Made by a program: the position numbers and the translations under genes. Positions 1-10,186 of a stretch of DNA of 64,000 nt are shown here, in pieces (the first letter of the stretch is position 1; each line of letters starts with the position of its first letter). This DNA is from Acidobacteriota bacterium (GTDB lineage Bacteria > Acidobacteriota > UBA890 > WLXD01), in contig CBDFKD010000002.1 of NCBI GenBank assembly GCA_965248695.1, forward strand, positions 1,280,001 to 1,344,000, given 5' to 3'. Below the pieces are notes generated by a model, which ran no database searches, was not told the DNA's origin, and saw nothing but the letters and a program-made list of their open reading frames with translations.

Positions 1-1
1 G

Positions 2-1135
2 CTGCAGGCACCGACCGGTTTCGCGTTTCTGGGCAACGACGACGTGCTCGTGATCGAGAAGAACACCGGCCGCGTTCGGCGCATACGCGATGGCCGGGTT
101 GGCAACGCCGTCCTCGATCTGCGCGTCAGCACCGCCAGTGAGCGCGGCGGCCTGGGCATCGAGCTCAGCCCCGACTTCGCCGACGACGGCTTGGTGTACA
201 TCTACTACTCGGCCGCCGTCGCCGGCGACAACAGCGGATGGACGGAGAACCTGGTTGTGCGCTACCGCTGGAACGGCCGTCGCCTAGTGTCGCCAACCGT
301 GCTGCTGCGATTCTCGAACCGCACTGAACAGGCGAACGGCCCCAACCATGATGGTGGCACGCTGCGCTTCGGCCCCGACGGTTACCTGTACGGCCAGGTG
401 GGCGACCTGAATCGCGGACGCTTCGACGATCCGCGCATCGAACAGAACACCGGCGACAGCTCCTCGGCCGAGGTGGGCGGAATCTTCCGTGTCGACGGCG
501 ACGGCAACGTCCCGACCGACAACCCGTTCGCCACCCATGCGGTGGCATCGGTGCGCAAATGGTTCGTCTACGGCGTCCGCAACGGCTTCGGCCTGGCTTT
601 CGACAGCCTCACGAATCGCCTCTGGTTCACCGAGAACGGCCCCGAAGTGTACGACGAGATCAACATCGCCGAATCCGGCATGAATAGCGGCTGGCTGCCG
701 CTGATGGGGCCGGATTCCCGAGACGCGCGCTTCGGCGCCAACGGCAACAACGCCTTCGATGCCGCCGATCTGGTGATGCTTCCCGGTTCCGTTTATCGCG
801 ACCCGATGTTCTCCTGGCTGGATCCTGTGGGCGTGACAGCAATGGTGTTCCTGCGTACCGACACCTTCCCGCGTGCGCTCCGCGACCGTCTGGTGGTGGG
901 CGACACCAACACCGGCGATCTGTACCTGTTCCGACCGCGCGGCAGAAAACGCAGCGCCCTCAAGCTGGCCGGTGCAGTGCGGGACCGGGTCGCGGACACT
1001 GAGCTGGAACGTCAGATCAACCGCTGGGGAAGCGACTTCGGCATCGTTACCGATATGCGCATCGGGCCTGACGAAAACCTCTACGTGCTCGACCTCACCA
1101 CCGGCACCCTGTGGCGCATTCGCCCCGCCGATTGA
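2..1135 (+). CDS. PQQ-dependent glucose/sorbosone dehydrogenase-family beta-propeller protein (5' partial)
   Basis: Frame is open from position 2 (LQAPTGFAFLGNDDVLVIEK). Motifs ERGGLGIELSPDF, NHDGGTLRFGPDGYLY, YGVRNGFGLAFD and ENGPEVYDEIN are typical of the GSDH family. Confidence 0.85.
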   Translation: MQAPTGFAFLGNDDVLVIEKNTGRVRRIRDGRVGNAVLDLRVSTASERGGLGIELSPDFADDGLVYIYYSAAVAGDNSGWTENLVVRYRWNGRRLVSPTVLLRFSNRTEQANGPNHDGGTLRFGPDGYLYGQVGDLNRGRFDDPRIEQNTGDSSSAEVGGIFRVDGDGNVPTDNPFATHAVASVRKWFVYGVRNGFGLAFDSLTNRLWFTENGPEVYDEINIAESGMNSGWLPLMGPDSRDARFGANGNNAFDAADLVMLPGSVYRDPMFSWLDPVGVTAMVFLRTDTFPRALRDRLVVGDTNTGDLYLFRPRGRKRSALKLAGAVRDRVADTELERQINRWGSDFGIVTDMRIGPDENLYVLDLTTGTLWRIRPAD

Positions 1136-1325
1136 GCCCACCGGGCCGGCTGAGCGACGGCCATGCCGATAATCCGAGCCAAATGCGGCCGGAATACGGT
1201 GAAAGCGATGATCTCCAGGTGGTCCGCGGACGGTACGTGTCGTAGATTCTCCGCAGGAAAAAGTGCCGCTCGCCACAAGTGCGTGATGATTCCGGCCTGT
1301 GCACCGGGCGGGACGAGCAATATCC

Positions 1326-3215
1326 ATGAGCGACTCATCCACCTTCGGGCGCTACACGACAAGCAGGATCCTGGGCCGCGGGGCCATGGGCGTAGTGTAT
1401 GCGGCGGTGGATCCGGTGATCGGTCGCAACGTCGCGCTGAAGATGATCCGCGACGACTACGGCACCACCGAGAGCGCCGAGATCACGTCGCGATTCGAGC
1501 GCGAGTTCCAGACTGCCGGCAAGTTGTCGCACCCCAACATCGTCCCGATCTACGACGTCGGGCGCGAGGGCGATGCCTGGTACATCGCCATGGAGCTGGT
1601 GGAAGGGGTGAGCCTCGAGGACATCCTCGCCGAGGGGCCGACTCCGATCGCCAAGAGCCTCAACATCATTGCCGGCATCGCCGCCGCTCTGGATCACTCG
1701 CACGATCTCGGAGTGGTGCATCGCGACATCAAGCCGGCCAACATCCTGGTAACCACGAGCGGCGTCCCCAAGGTGACCGACTTCGGCGTGGCGAAGCTGT
1801 CTGGCAATACGATGACGGCCGCCGGGAGCATCCTCGGCACCCCGGCATATATGTCGCCGGAGCAGGCACGCGGCGAGATCCTCGCCGGCGCGTCCGACCA
1901 GTTCTCGCTGGCGGTCATGTCCTACCAGCTGCTCACCGGCACGAAGCCCTTCGACGGCGATGCTCCCACCACCGTGATGTTCAAGATCGTCAGCGATGAG
2001 CCGGCAACGCCGAGTTCCCTGAACACGGAGCTGCCAGCGTCGATCGATGCCGTGCTCTTACGCGCCATGCACAAGGAGGCCGAGCACCGATACAGCGGCT
2101 GCGTGCAGTTCGCCGATGCGCTGAGGTCGGCCTGGGGAATGGACACCGACGCCACGGTGGCCTCGGTGGCGCCGGTCGCGGCGCCGAAGACAAAGAAAGC
2201 GTCCGCGATGCCGATGATCGCGGTCGGCGCGGGCCTGGTGGCGGTGTTGGTTTTCGTCGGATGGTTCGCGATGGGCGGCCGCGATTCCGGACCCATCGAC
2301 GCCACCGATACCGGGACCGACACGACGGCAGCGTCGGGAGCGCCGGCCAGCGGACAACCGGCCGCGCCGCAACCGGTCACCGGTGACCCGAGCGCCGATC
2401 CCACAGCCAGCGCGCCCGTCGAGCCCGTGGCGGGAGCGGATGGCGAAGCCGATCTGAGCACCCCGGTGCCAGGCGCCGACGACGACGCCGGCGACGGCGT
2501 GCCCGCCGATGCCGAGCCACAAGCAGCCGAGGTGGCTACGCCCGCGCCGATGGCCGGCGAGCCGTTCACCGTCACCAGCCAACCACCCGGCGCCACCGTG
2601 AGCCTGGACGGAACCGAAGTCGGGTCGACGCCCCACGAGTTTGAGATGCTGCCCGACACTCGCTACACGCTGCAGCTGTCGCTGGATGGCTACACGCCTG
2701 CGGGCTGGGCATTCGCGGCCGACGATCTGAGCGCCGCGCAACGCGCCTCGGCCACACTGCACTTCCCGATGCAGCCCGATGTCGAGCCGGGTACCGTGAC
2801 GGTCGATGCCGACTACCCGGTTTCCGCCACGGCGCGCCCGACCGGCGGAGGACAGACACGGCGGTTCAACGCGTCCACCGTGTTGGAATTGACGCTGCCT
2901 CCCGGATCGTGGGTAGTCACCCTGTCGGCACCTGAGGTGTTCCTGTCCCAGCAGTCGACGGTGAGCGTGGCCAGCGGCGAGACCCGTCGACTCAGTGCCC
3001 CGGCCACGGCCGACGTGCAGGTAGCGGCGGCTCCGGGCAATTGCCGCGTCAGCATCGACGGCCGCTTCGTCGACGCGACGCCGTTTCAGGTACGGCTGAC
3101 CGCCGGAGACCACGAGTTTCTGTTCGAGTGGCCAGCCAGTGGCGATGCGCTCACCGTCAACGAGCGCATCGTCCGCGACGGGCAGCGCGTATTCGCCACC
3201 GCGCCGCAACAGTGA
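1326..3215 (+). CDS. Hanks-type Ser/Thr protein kinase with TM helix and C-terminal PEGA-like domains
   Basis: GRGAMG, VALK, HRDIKPAN, DFG and GTPAYMSPE motifs; TM MIAVGAGLVAVLVFVGWFAM; Pro/Ala/Asp linker; PEGA-like VTSQPPGATVSLDGTEVGSTP. Start set at ATG 1326. Confidence 0.92.
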   Translation: MSDSSTFGRYTTSRILGRGAMGVVYAAVDPVIGRNVALKMIRDDYGTTESAEITSRFEREFQTAGKLSHPNIVPIYDVGREGDAWYIAMELVEGVSLEDILAEGPTPIAKSLNIIAGIAAALDHSHDLGVVHRDIKPANILVTTSGVPKVTDFGVAKLSGNTMTAAGSILGTPAYMSPEQARGEILAGASDQFSLAVMSYQLLTGTKPFDGDAPTTVMFKIVSDEPATPSSLNTELPASIDAVLLRAMHKEAEHRYSGCVQFADALRSAWGMDTDATVASVAPVAAPKTKKASAMPMIAVGAGLVAVLVFVGWFAMGGRDSGPIDATDTGTDTTAASGAPASGQPAAPQPVTGDPSADPTASAPVEPVAGADGEADLSTPVPGADDDAGDGVPADAEPQAAEVATPAPMAGEPFTVTSQPPGATVSLDGTEVGSTPHEFEMLPDTRYTLQLSLDGYTPAGWAFAADDLSAAQRASATLHFPMQPDVEPGTVTVDADYPVSATARPTGGGQTRRFNASTVLELTLPPGSWVVTLSAPEVFLSQQSTVSVASGETRRLSAPATADVQVAAAPGNCRVSIDGRFVDATPFQVRLTAGDHEFLFEWPASGDALTVNERIVRDGQRVFATAPQQ

Positions 3216-4717
3216 GCGCCGCCGTTCGAACCTTGGTGGCGCTCGCGCTCATGGCATCGACGGCACCTGCCACGACAGCTCTCGAAGGGAGCCACGCAGC
3301 CGGGCAGGCCGACGTGGCGGTCCAACGGCTGCTGGACCGAGCACAACAGCTGGCAGACGGCGATCCCGAAAGCGCGATCCGCGAGGCCACCGTTCTTGTA
3401 GAGCAGTTCCCGGCCTCCGACCTCGTCGACGAGGCCTTGTTGCTGATCGCCGACAGCCACGCTGCGCTCGACAACCACGCCGCCGCCCGCGAATCCGCCG
3501 AACGCATCATCAACTCGCACCCGCGTACCGCCAGCGCCGCCGCCGCGACAGTGATCGTGGCGCGCTACGACATCGACGCCTCCAGGTCGATGGACCAGTT
3601 GCGGACCGTGCGCGAGGCACTATCGCGCCTGCCGGTGCTGTTCGACGCAGTGACGTTCCCGCGACTAGAGGCACGTGCCGCGGCAATGGTGCTGAGCGGC
3701 GACATCAGCCTGCGTCTGCTGGAAATCGATGTTGCCGAGGGCGAGTTCGCTGCCGCCATGGAGCCCGGGGTCAGCGGCGTGTGGCTGGCGCGCGCCCACG
3801 CCGGGCTCGGGCGGGCCTTGCTTCGGAGCGGCGAGTGGGAGGCGGCAGCGACGCTGCTGCAGCGCAGCGCGGCCGAAATACCGTCGGCGCGCTCACTGCT
3901 GTCGCTGATCCACCGACATCGCCTCGGTCCCACCGCAGCCGCATGGCGACGCTCGCGCACGCTGGTGAGCGCCGGTGGACGGCTCGACGAGCCGATCGGA
4001 ATCGCGGCGTCCGAACAGGGTGACCTGCTGGTCATAGATGAGGGCGGGCCCTTCGGGGCGCGCCTGCGCGCCGATGGCAGCGTCGCAAGTCGACAGAACC
4101 CACTCGCCGGAGCAATGAGGCCGTGGTTCGGTCCTGCCGGCATCGCTTACGTCGTGCTTCGTCGCTCGATTCTGGCGCCGTTCATCCGCGATCGTCAGAC
4201 GTTCACGACGCGTGAGAACGGTCGCTCGCAAGAGATCGACAACATCGTCGCGGCAGCGCATGGCCCCCTCGGCGGGCTCCTGGTGGCGCACGACGACGGC
4301 GACAAGCTGTCCCGCTTTGATCCCAGCGGCGCCTACGTATCGATGCCTCTCGGCAGTCGACGCTTCAAGATCGTCGACATCGATGTCGACTCTCAGGGGC
4401 GCTTCCTGCTTCTCGACCGCCGCAACAAATCCGTTCTCGCCCTGGACCCCGCGGACAATGTCTCGACGCTGGTGAGCGCCTCGGAGTGGGGACGGCCGGA
4501 GGCGCTGGCGCTTGATGCACTGGGCAACGTCTACACGCTCGACCGAGACAGCAAGCGCATCGACGTGTATTCGAGTGCCGGAACGCGCCTGGCGCGCTTC
4601 GGGCCCGGGCTTCCCGGCGGTACAGAGCTGGACGACCCACGAGACCTGGCGGTCGACGGCAGCGGCAACGTCTACGTCGCCGATCGCGGCAACTCCGTGG
4701 TGGTGGTGCTGCAATGA
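3212..4717 (+). CDS. Secreted TPR (BamD/CpoB-like) + NHL-repeat beta-propeller protein
   Basis: GTG start overlaps the kinase stop (GTGA). Signal peptide, helical LVEQFPASDLVDEALLLIA repeat, and NHL blades (LDDPRDLAVDGSGNVYVADRGN). Confidence 0.75.
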   Translation: MSAAVRTLVALALMASTAPATTALEGSHAAGQADVAVQRLLDRAQQLADGDPESAIREATVLVEQFPASDLVDEALLLIADSHAALDNHAAARESAERIINSHPRTASAAAATVIVARYDIDASRSMDQLRTVREALSRLPVLFDAVTFPRLEARAAAMVLSGDISLRLLEIDVAEGEFAAAMEPGVSGVWLARAHAGLGRALLRSGEWEAAATLLQRSAAEIPSARSLLSLIHRHRLGPTAAAWRRSRTLVSAGGRLDEPIGIAASEQGDLLVIDEGGPFGARLRADGSVASRQNPLAGAMRPWFGPAGIAYVVLRRSILAPFIRDRQTFTTRENGRSQEIDNIVAAAHGPLGGLLVAHDDGDKLSRFDPSGAYVSMPLGSRRFKIVDIDVDSQGRFLLLDRRNKSVLALDPADNVSTLVSASEWGRPEALALDALGNVYTLDRDSKRIDVYSSAGTRLARFGPGLPGGTELDDPRDLAVDGSGNVYVADRGNSVVVVLQ

Positions 4718-6966
4718 GCTGTTTCAGTAGGCGGCATCGGTGGATCGGCGCGATCCTCGGAGGTATCGAAGGTGGCCGTCCCGCTGCCTGGATACTGTCG
4801 CTGGTGTTCGTGCTCGCTACCGTTGCGTCAGTGCTCCCCGGCGCTCAGGCCAACGCTCGCGAGATCGAGCCTCAAGACCCCGAGACGTCGTCGGCACAGA
4901 CGACCGGTGCGGACCCACTGGCCGAGATCGAGGCAATGCTCGATCGCGGCGTGGCGCTGTTCAACTCTGCCGACCAGCCCGACTCGATCGGTGTGTTCGG
5001 CGAGCTCATCGCGCGAGTCGATGCCCTCGCACCGGGCGTCGACGCGCTGCCCGCTCTGGCGCGCGGGCTGTCGTACCGGGCGCAGGCGCGCTTCAACCTC
5101 GGCGAGGAGGCCGACGCGGACGCCGATATGCGGCGGCTCCTGCAAGTGGCGCCGCGCACACGCCTCGATCCGACCCTCGTTTCGCCCAAGCTCATCGAGC
5201 TGTTTGACGCCCTGCGCGCCGAGATCGTGGGCGAGGTGGCGCTGGTGCTGTATCCAGAGGCAGCGCGCGTCGTTGTCGATGGCCGCGAGATCGAGACTAC
5301 GCTCGAGGCGATCGCCCTTGCCGAGGGCACGCACACACTGAGCGTGCAGATGCTCGGTCATACCGGACATCAGCGGCAGATCGAGATCGCGGCGGGCGAA
5401 ACCCTGACGGTGGATGTAACGCTGGAGCGCTCCAGCGCGATCGTCACGGTACGAACGGACGCGCCCGGTGCCAGTGTCACCGTCGATGGGCGCGCCGTTG
5501 GCGAAACAGTGAGTGCGGATCCAGACGACCCGGCAGCCGCCGGTGGGGCCACGCTCAGCTTTGATGGACTGGACGCTGGTACACACAACATCGAGATCAC
5601 CCGAGAAGGGTACCGGCCTCACAGTGGCCAAATTACTGTCGAGGATCTGGTCGAGTACCGCCTGGATCCGGTTGCCCTACGACGCACGGTGGGCATCGTC
5701 GTGATTCAGCGAATCCCATCAGATGCAGACCTGCGGATCGACGACCGCTCCGTCGATACGTCCGCTGCCGCCGGTGTGCTCGAGGTGGAGCTGGTCCCTG
5801 GCGTTCACACGATATCCATCGACGGCGGTAGCCTGGGATCGTTCAGCACCGATGTCGAGGTCATCGATCGCGACCGTCATGAGGTCGACGTCGAGCTGCG
5901 ACCGTCGGTGTACTTCCTCGGCGTCGTGGGCGACGACGGGGTCGGGCGCGCCACGGTCGTCGAGGCGCTCGAGCCAGTGCTCGCCTCGGGACGGTGGAAC
6001 CAGCTGGCGCTGCCGCCGCTCGACAGCGCCGCGCTCAGCGGGACCGGACTGCAAATCGATGCGCTGCGCACACAGGCAAGGGGGGACGGACCCCGCGGAG
6101 CCCATTGGCGATTCCAGGCGACCCAGCAACAACTCGACGGCCGCACGCCGGCATCGCTGTACGTGTTCGCGGTGCTGTCCGACGACCTGGTCGCTACCCA
6201 CGCCGAGATCTGGACCTTCCCGGGTGGACCGGGGCCGGCGTTCGGCGATCAGATCCGGGTGGCGCTGAACGATAGCGCCAGCATCGCCGCACGCGTCGAC
6301 GCGGAGCTACTCGGCGGGGGCACGACATTCACGCGCCCGTGGCTGGGCGCCGACTTCATCGACAGCTTGACCACGACCGGGGCAGTGGCACTGAGCGTCA
6401 GTCCGACAGGGCCGGCGGCAGCCGCGGGGCTCAGCCCGGGTGACGTGGTGATGGCCGTGGATGGGACGGCGATTTCCAATACCGCCGAGCTGCAACAAGC
6501 GCTCGATAGTCTGGCAATCGGGGCGCGTGTAGAACTTGCCCTGGCCAACGGCAGCGTCTCCGTCTCGCTGGCACGCTCGGCGCAAATCATCGACCCCGAT
6601 TCGGCGCGCTCGCCGTTCGCCAGCGTCCTGATCGCGGTGCGCCAGATGCGTGCCGTCGGCGACGATACAGTGCCTGAGTGGGTGCTGGCGCTGAACGAAG
6701 CGGCTATCCTGCTGCGCGCTGGGGAGTGGGAGCAGGTGGTGCGCCTTCTGCGACCGTTGCAGGTGCCCGAGCGGGCCGGCGTTGGAGCGAGCATGGCGAG
6801 CTACTGGCTCGGCCTGGCGTTGTCGGAGCTCGGATCCGACTATGCCAGCCTCGCCAGCGATTCCTTCGAGCGCGCCGCGGCAGATCGCGACGGGCGCTTG
6901 TTGCACGACGACGGCCCACTGGTGTGGCCGTTGGCCCGAGCCCGGGCGCGCCGGTTGCAGCGCTAG
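4714..6966 (+). CDS. Exported TPR + PEGA repeats + PDZ domain protein
   Basis: ATGA overlap with the upstream gene; N-terminal hydrophobic segment; PEGA-like VRTDAPGASVTVDGRAVGET; PDZ-like GPAAAAGLSPGDVVMAVDG; terminal TPR-like helices. Confidence 0.75.
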   Translation: MSCFSRRHRWIGAILGGIEGGRPAAWILSLVFVLATVASVLPGAQANAREIEPQDPETSSAQTTGADPLAEIEAMLDRGVALFNSADQPDSIGVFGELIARVDALAPGVDALPALARGLSYRAQARFNLGEEADADADMRRLLQVAPRTRLDPTLVSPKLIELFDALRAEIVGEVALVLYPEAARVVVDGREIETTLEAIALAEGTHTLSVQMLGHTGHQRQIEIAAGETLTVDVTLERSSAIVTVRTDAPGASVTVDGRAVGETVSADPDDPAAAGGATLSFDGLDAGTHNIEITREGYRPHSGQITVEDLVEYRLDPVALRRTVGIVVIQRIPSDADLRIDDRSVDTSAAAGVLEVELVPGVHTISIDGGSLGSFSTDVEVIDRDRHEVDVELRPSVYFLGVVGDDGVGRATVVEALEPVLASGRWNQLALPPLDSAALSGTGLQIDALRTQARGDGPRGAHWRFQATQQQLDGRTPASLYVFAVLSDDLVATHAEIWTFPGGPGPAFGDQIRVALNDSASIAARVDAELLGGGTTFTRPWLGADFIDSLTTTGAVALSVSPTGPAAAAGLSPGDVVMAVDGTAISNTAELQQALDSLAIGARVELALANGSVSVSLARSAQIIDPDSARSPFASVLIAVRQMRAVGDDTVPEWVLALNEAAILLRAGEWEQVVRLLRPLQVPERAGVGASMASYWLGLALSELGSDYASLASDSFERAAADRDGRLLHDDGPLVWPLARARARRLQR

Positions 6967-7040
6967 CTCTCGGAGACGATCCGGATCGATTCTCGTATCG
7001 GTCTAGGGGACTGCCCTTCTTCAGCCACGGATAACTTCGC

Positions 7041-7097
7041 TTGACGTGCGAGGTGGGACCCCACTAGTCTGGTTTCCAGAATATCCGGAAACCGGAA
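7041..7097 (+). promoter_or_regulatory. Putative sigma70 promoter and PadR operator
   Basis: TTGACG (7041) -18 nt- TAGTCT (7065), followed by the imperfect palindrome TTCCAGAATATCCGGAA upstream of padR. Confidence 0.45.
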
Positions 7098-7137
7098 GAG
7101 TGAGATTCTTCGCCGCCCGGCAAGAGGAGTCCGACTG

Positions 7138-7476
7138 ATGGGTAATGAAACCCTGCCGCTCACTCCGCGTGTACTGCTGATCCTGTGGGCGCTGGAGTCG
7201 GGACCGCTGCACGGGTACCGATTGCTACAGGAGATCGAGGAGCGCGGCCGCGGGCGAGTATCCATCGGACCGGCGTCGCTCTACGAGTCCATCCAGACAC
7301 TGCGGCAGCGTGGCTGGATCGAGCCGGCCGAGGCGCCCGACGACGCCGACAGCCGGCGACGCTACTTCCAGCTCGCTGCAGCTGGCCGATCGGTTCTAGT
7401 GGCCGAGGCCCGACGTCTGTCCGATCTGGTTGACGATCTGCGGCTCGCCGGCGTGATCGACTCGGGCAAGATCTGA
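7138..7476 (+). CDS. PadR-family transcriptional regulator
   Basis: GPLHGYRLLQEI, GPASLYESIQTL and RRRYFQL motifs; coupled (TGATG) to an ADOP permease. Confidence 0.9.
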   Translation: MGNETLPLTPRVLLILWALESGPLHGYRLLQEIEERGRGRVSIGPASLYESIQTLRQRGWIEPAEAPDDADSRRRYFQLAAAGRSVLVAEARRLSDLVDDLRLAGVIDSGKI

Positions 7477-10166
7477 TGCGCGCTCGCGCCTTCCTGTGCA
7501 ATTTGTCGCTGCGGGCGCTGCCGGCGCCCCTGCGCCGGGAACACGGCGCCGACATAACGGATCTCTATCTCGAGCGACAACGTCAGGCGCGTCGCCGAGG
7601 CCGGGCCGCGGCGGCGCGGTATTCGTTGTTGGCGTTCGTCGACTTGCTGGGCTCCGCCGCTCGAACCCGGTTCCGCCGCCGGGAGGCGCCGGCCCACCTC
7701 GCCCGATTGAACGACTCTCCCCTGAGCTCATGGACCCCTGAGATGCTTCTACGCGACCTGAACTTCGGTATTCGCACGCTCCTGCATCGCCCCGGATTCA
7801 CCGCCGTGGTGCTGATCACGCTGGGCCTGGGGATCGGCGCCAACGCCATCATCTACTCCGCGATCGACAACATCGTGCTCAACCCGTTCGACTTCCCGGA
7901 GCCTGATCGGACCGTCGCCATCGGGGTCGAATACCCGCGCTTGGGGCAACCACTGGGATTCTTCGAGGTGATCTCGCCGCCCGAGTACAACGACATCCTC
8001 GAACAGACGACGGCGTTCGAGCGCACGGCCGCATTCGACATCGGCAATCGACAGATCACCGGCGGCGACATTCCGCAGAATCTGCGTACCGGATTCTGGT
8101 GGGGCGATCCGCTGCGGGTGCTGGGCATGAGCCCGGTGCACGGGCGCTTCTTCTCGGCCGATGAGATTCGCCAACAGGCACCGCTGGCGCTGGTGAGCAA
8201 CCGGGTGTTCGAGTCACGTTTCGCCGGCGACCCCGCGATCGTCGGGCAGACGATCCAGATCAACGGCGTCGACCACACGCTGCTCGGCGTCTTCCCGACG
8301 CCGGCGGTGGTCTACGGGATCGATCTGTGGACGCCAATGTGGGCGCAGCCGGAAGACTTCACTCGCACCCGTCGGCAGATGAACGTCGTCGCCCGGCTCG
8401 GCGACGACGTCACGCTGACGCAGGCGAACGCCGAGCTCGAGGCAGTCGCACGCCGCACCGAGCTCGAGTACGGCGACCAGCACGACGAGTATGTCGGCTG
8501 GCGTCTGGAGACCATGACCTGGACCGACGCCAACGTCCGCACCCTCAAGCCCACCGCCTTCGTGCTCATGGGAACGGTGTCGTTCGTGCTGCTGTTGGTG
8601 TGCGCCAACGTCGCCAGCCTGCTGCTGTCACGCTCCTCGAGTCGTCGCCGAGAGATCGCGGTGCGCGCGGCACTGGGTGCCGGCCGTGCCCGGATCGTGC
8701 GGCAGCTGCTGTCCGAGAGCCTGCTGATGGCCGTGCTCGGCGGTGCCGTCGGGCTGGCGCTCGCCTGGGTCGGGCTGCAGTGGCTGGTAGCCAACACACC
8801 GGCACCGTTGTTGCCCACCACGCGGCCAATCGGCCTGAACCTGCGAGCGCTCTACTACACCGGCTTCGTATCGGTGCTTGCCGGCGTGCTCTTCGGTATC
8901 GTGCCGGCCCTGCAGTCGGCGCGCTTCGACCTGCACGGGACGCTCACCGAGAGTGGGCGCTCCACCGGCGGTCGCTCGCGCCGGCGGCTACACGGCGTGT
9001 TCGTCGCCGTCGAGGTGGCGCTGGCGCTGATGCTGTTGACCGGTGCCGGAATGTTCATCCACAGCTTCGCGCGCCTACAGCGAGTCGACCCCGGTATGGA
9101 CGTCGACAACGTCCTGACCATGCGACTCACGCTTCCCTGGGAGAAGTTCGAGGGTGAAGCGATTGCCAACTTCTTCGTCGACCTCGCCGACCGCGTGGAA
9201 AATATTCCCGGAGTCCGCAGCGCCGCGTCGGGATCGCAGTTCGCGCCGATCGGGTTCATCCGACAACGGTTCGCCATCGATGGACAGGCGGTCGCCGACG
9301 AGTCGGAGCTGCCCAACGCGCTGCTGACCATCGCCACCGCCGACTACTTCGAGACCCTCGGCATCCCGTTACGAACCGGCCGCTTCTTCGACAGCGGCGA
9401 CCTGCCTGGCACCCAAACGGTGACGGTGATCAACCAGACCCTGGCGACGCGCACCTTCGGCGACGAGCCCGCGGTCGGCAAGCGCATCAAGCTCGGCGCC
9501 CCGGACGACGAGGAGCGCCCGTGGCTCACGGTCGTCGGTGTGGTTGGCGACACCAAGAACAACGGCCTGGCGGCGCCGGTGCAACCCGAGCTGTTCGTCG
9601 GCCTGCGACAGGTGAACGGCGTGTTCAACCAGCTGTACCTGCTGGTGCGAACCGAGGCCGAGCCGCGCGCGCTGTTGCCGCAGATCAGACAGGCGGTAGC
9701 AGATCTGGATCCAGAGCAACCGATCTACGGCATTCGAACAGTAGACGAGGCCTTCGCCCAGGGCTTCGCCATGGAGGGGTTCGCGCTGAGAATGCTGACG
9801 GCGTTCTCGGTCCTCGCGCTGGTACTCGCCGCGGTAGGCATTTCCGGCGTGGTGGCATTCGCAGTGAGTGAGCGGTCGCGCGAGATCGGTGTACGTATGG
9901 CGCTGGGCGCGGTCGGCTCGGAGGTGCGTCGCCTGGTAGTGCGGCAAGCGCTGCTCCCGGTGGCCATCGGCGCGGTGATCGGTCTGGGGTTGTCGATGGC
10001 GCTCGGGCAGGCTCTATCAAGCATCCTCTTCGAGGTCGGGATGGGCGATCCGACGACGATGCTCGGCGTGGCCATTGTGCTCGGCCTGGTGGCGGCGGCA
10101 GCCGGCTACCTGCCCGCCCGACGAGCCAGCCGCATCGACCCGGTAGCGGCATTGCGAGCGGAGTAG
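7476..10166 (+). CDS. Duplicated MacB/FtsX ABC permease (ADOP type)
   Basis: Two FtsX-like units (RRREIAVRAALGAGR and RSREIGVRMALGA); N-terminal PGFTAVVLITLGLGIGAN; C-terminal PARRASRIDPVAALRAE. Confidence 0.92.
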   Translation: MRARAFLCNLSLRALPAPLRREHGADITDLYLERQRQARRRGRAAAARYSLLAFVDLLGSAARTRFRRREAPAHLARLNDSPLSSWTPEMLLRDLNFGIRTLLHRPGFTAVVLITLGLGIGANAIIYSAIDNIVLNPFDFPEPDRTVAIGVEYPRLGQPLGFFEVISPPEYNDILEQTTAFERTAAFDIGNRQITGGDIPQNLRTGFWWGDPLRVLGMSPVHGRFFSADEIRQQAPLALVSNRVFESRFAGDPAIVGQTIQINGVDHTLLGVFPTPAVVYGIDLWTPMWAQPEDFTRTRRQMNVVARLGDDVTLTQANAELEAVARRTELEYGDQHDEYVGWRLETMTWTDANVRTLKPTAFVLMGTVSFVLLLVCANVASLLLSRSSSRRREIAVRAALGAGRARIVRQLLSESLLMAVLGGAVGLALAWVGLQWLVANTPAPLLPTTRPIGLNLRALYYTGFVSVLAGVLFGIVPALQSARFDLHGTLTESGRSTGGRSRRRLHGVFVAVEVALALMLLTGAGMFIHSFARLQRVDPGMDVDNVLTMRLTLPWEKFEGEAIANFFVDLADRVENIPGVRSAASGSQFAPIGFIRQRFAIDGQAVADESELPNALLTIATADYFETLGIPLRTGRFFDSGDLPGTQTVTVINQTLATRTFGDEPAVGKRIKLGAPDDEERPWLTVVGVVGDTKNNGLAAPVQPELFVGLRQVNGVFNQLYLLVRTEAEPRALLPQIRQAVADLDPEQPIYGIRTVDEAFAQGFAMEGFALRMLTAFSVLALVLAAVGISGVVAFAVSERSREIGVRMALGAVGSEVRRLVVRQALLPVAIGAVIGLGLSMALGQALSSILFEVGMGDPTTMLGVAIVLGLVAAAAGYLPARRASRIDPVAALRAE

Positions 10167-10186
10167 CCAGCATCCCCCGCGGCTCG

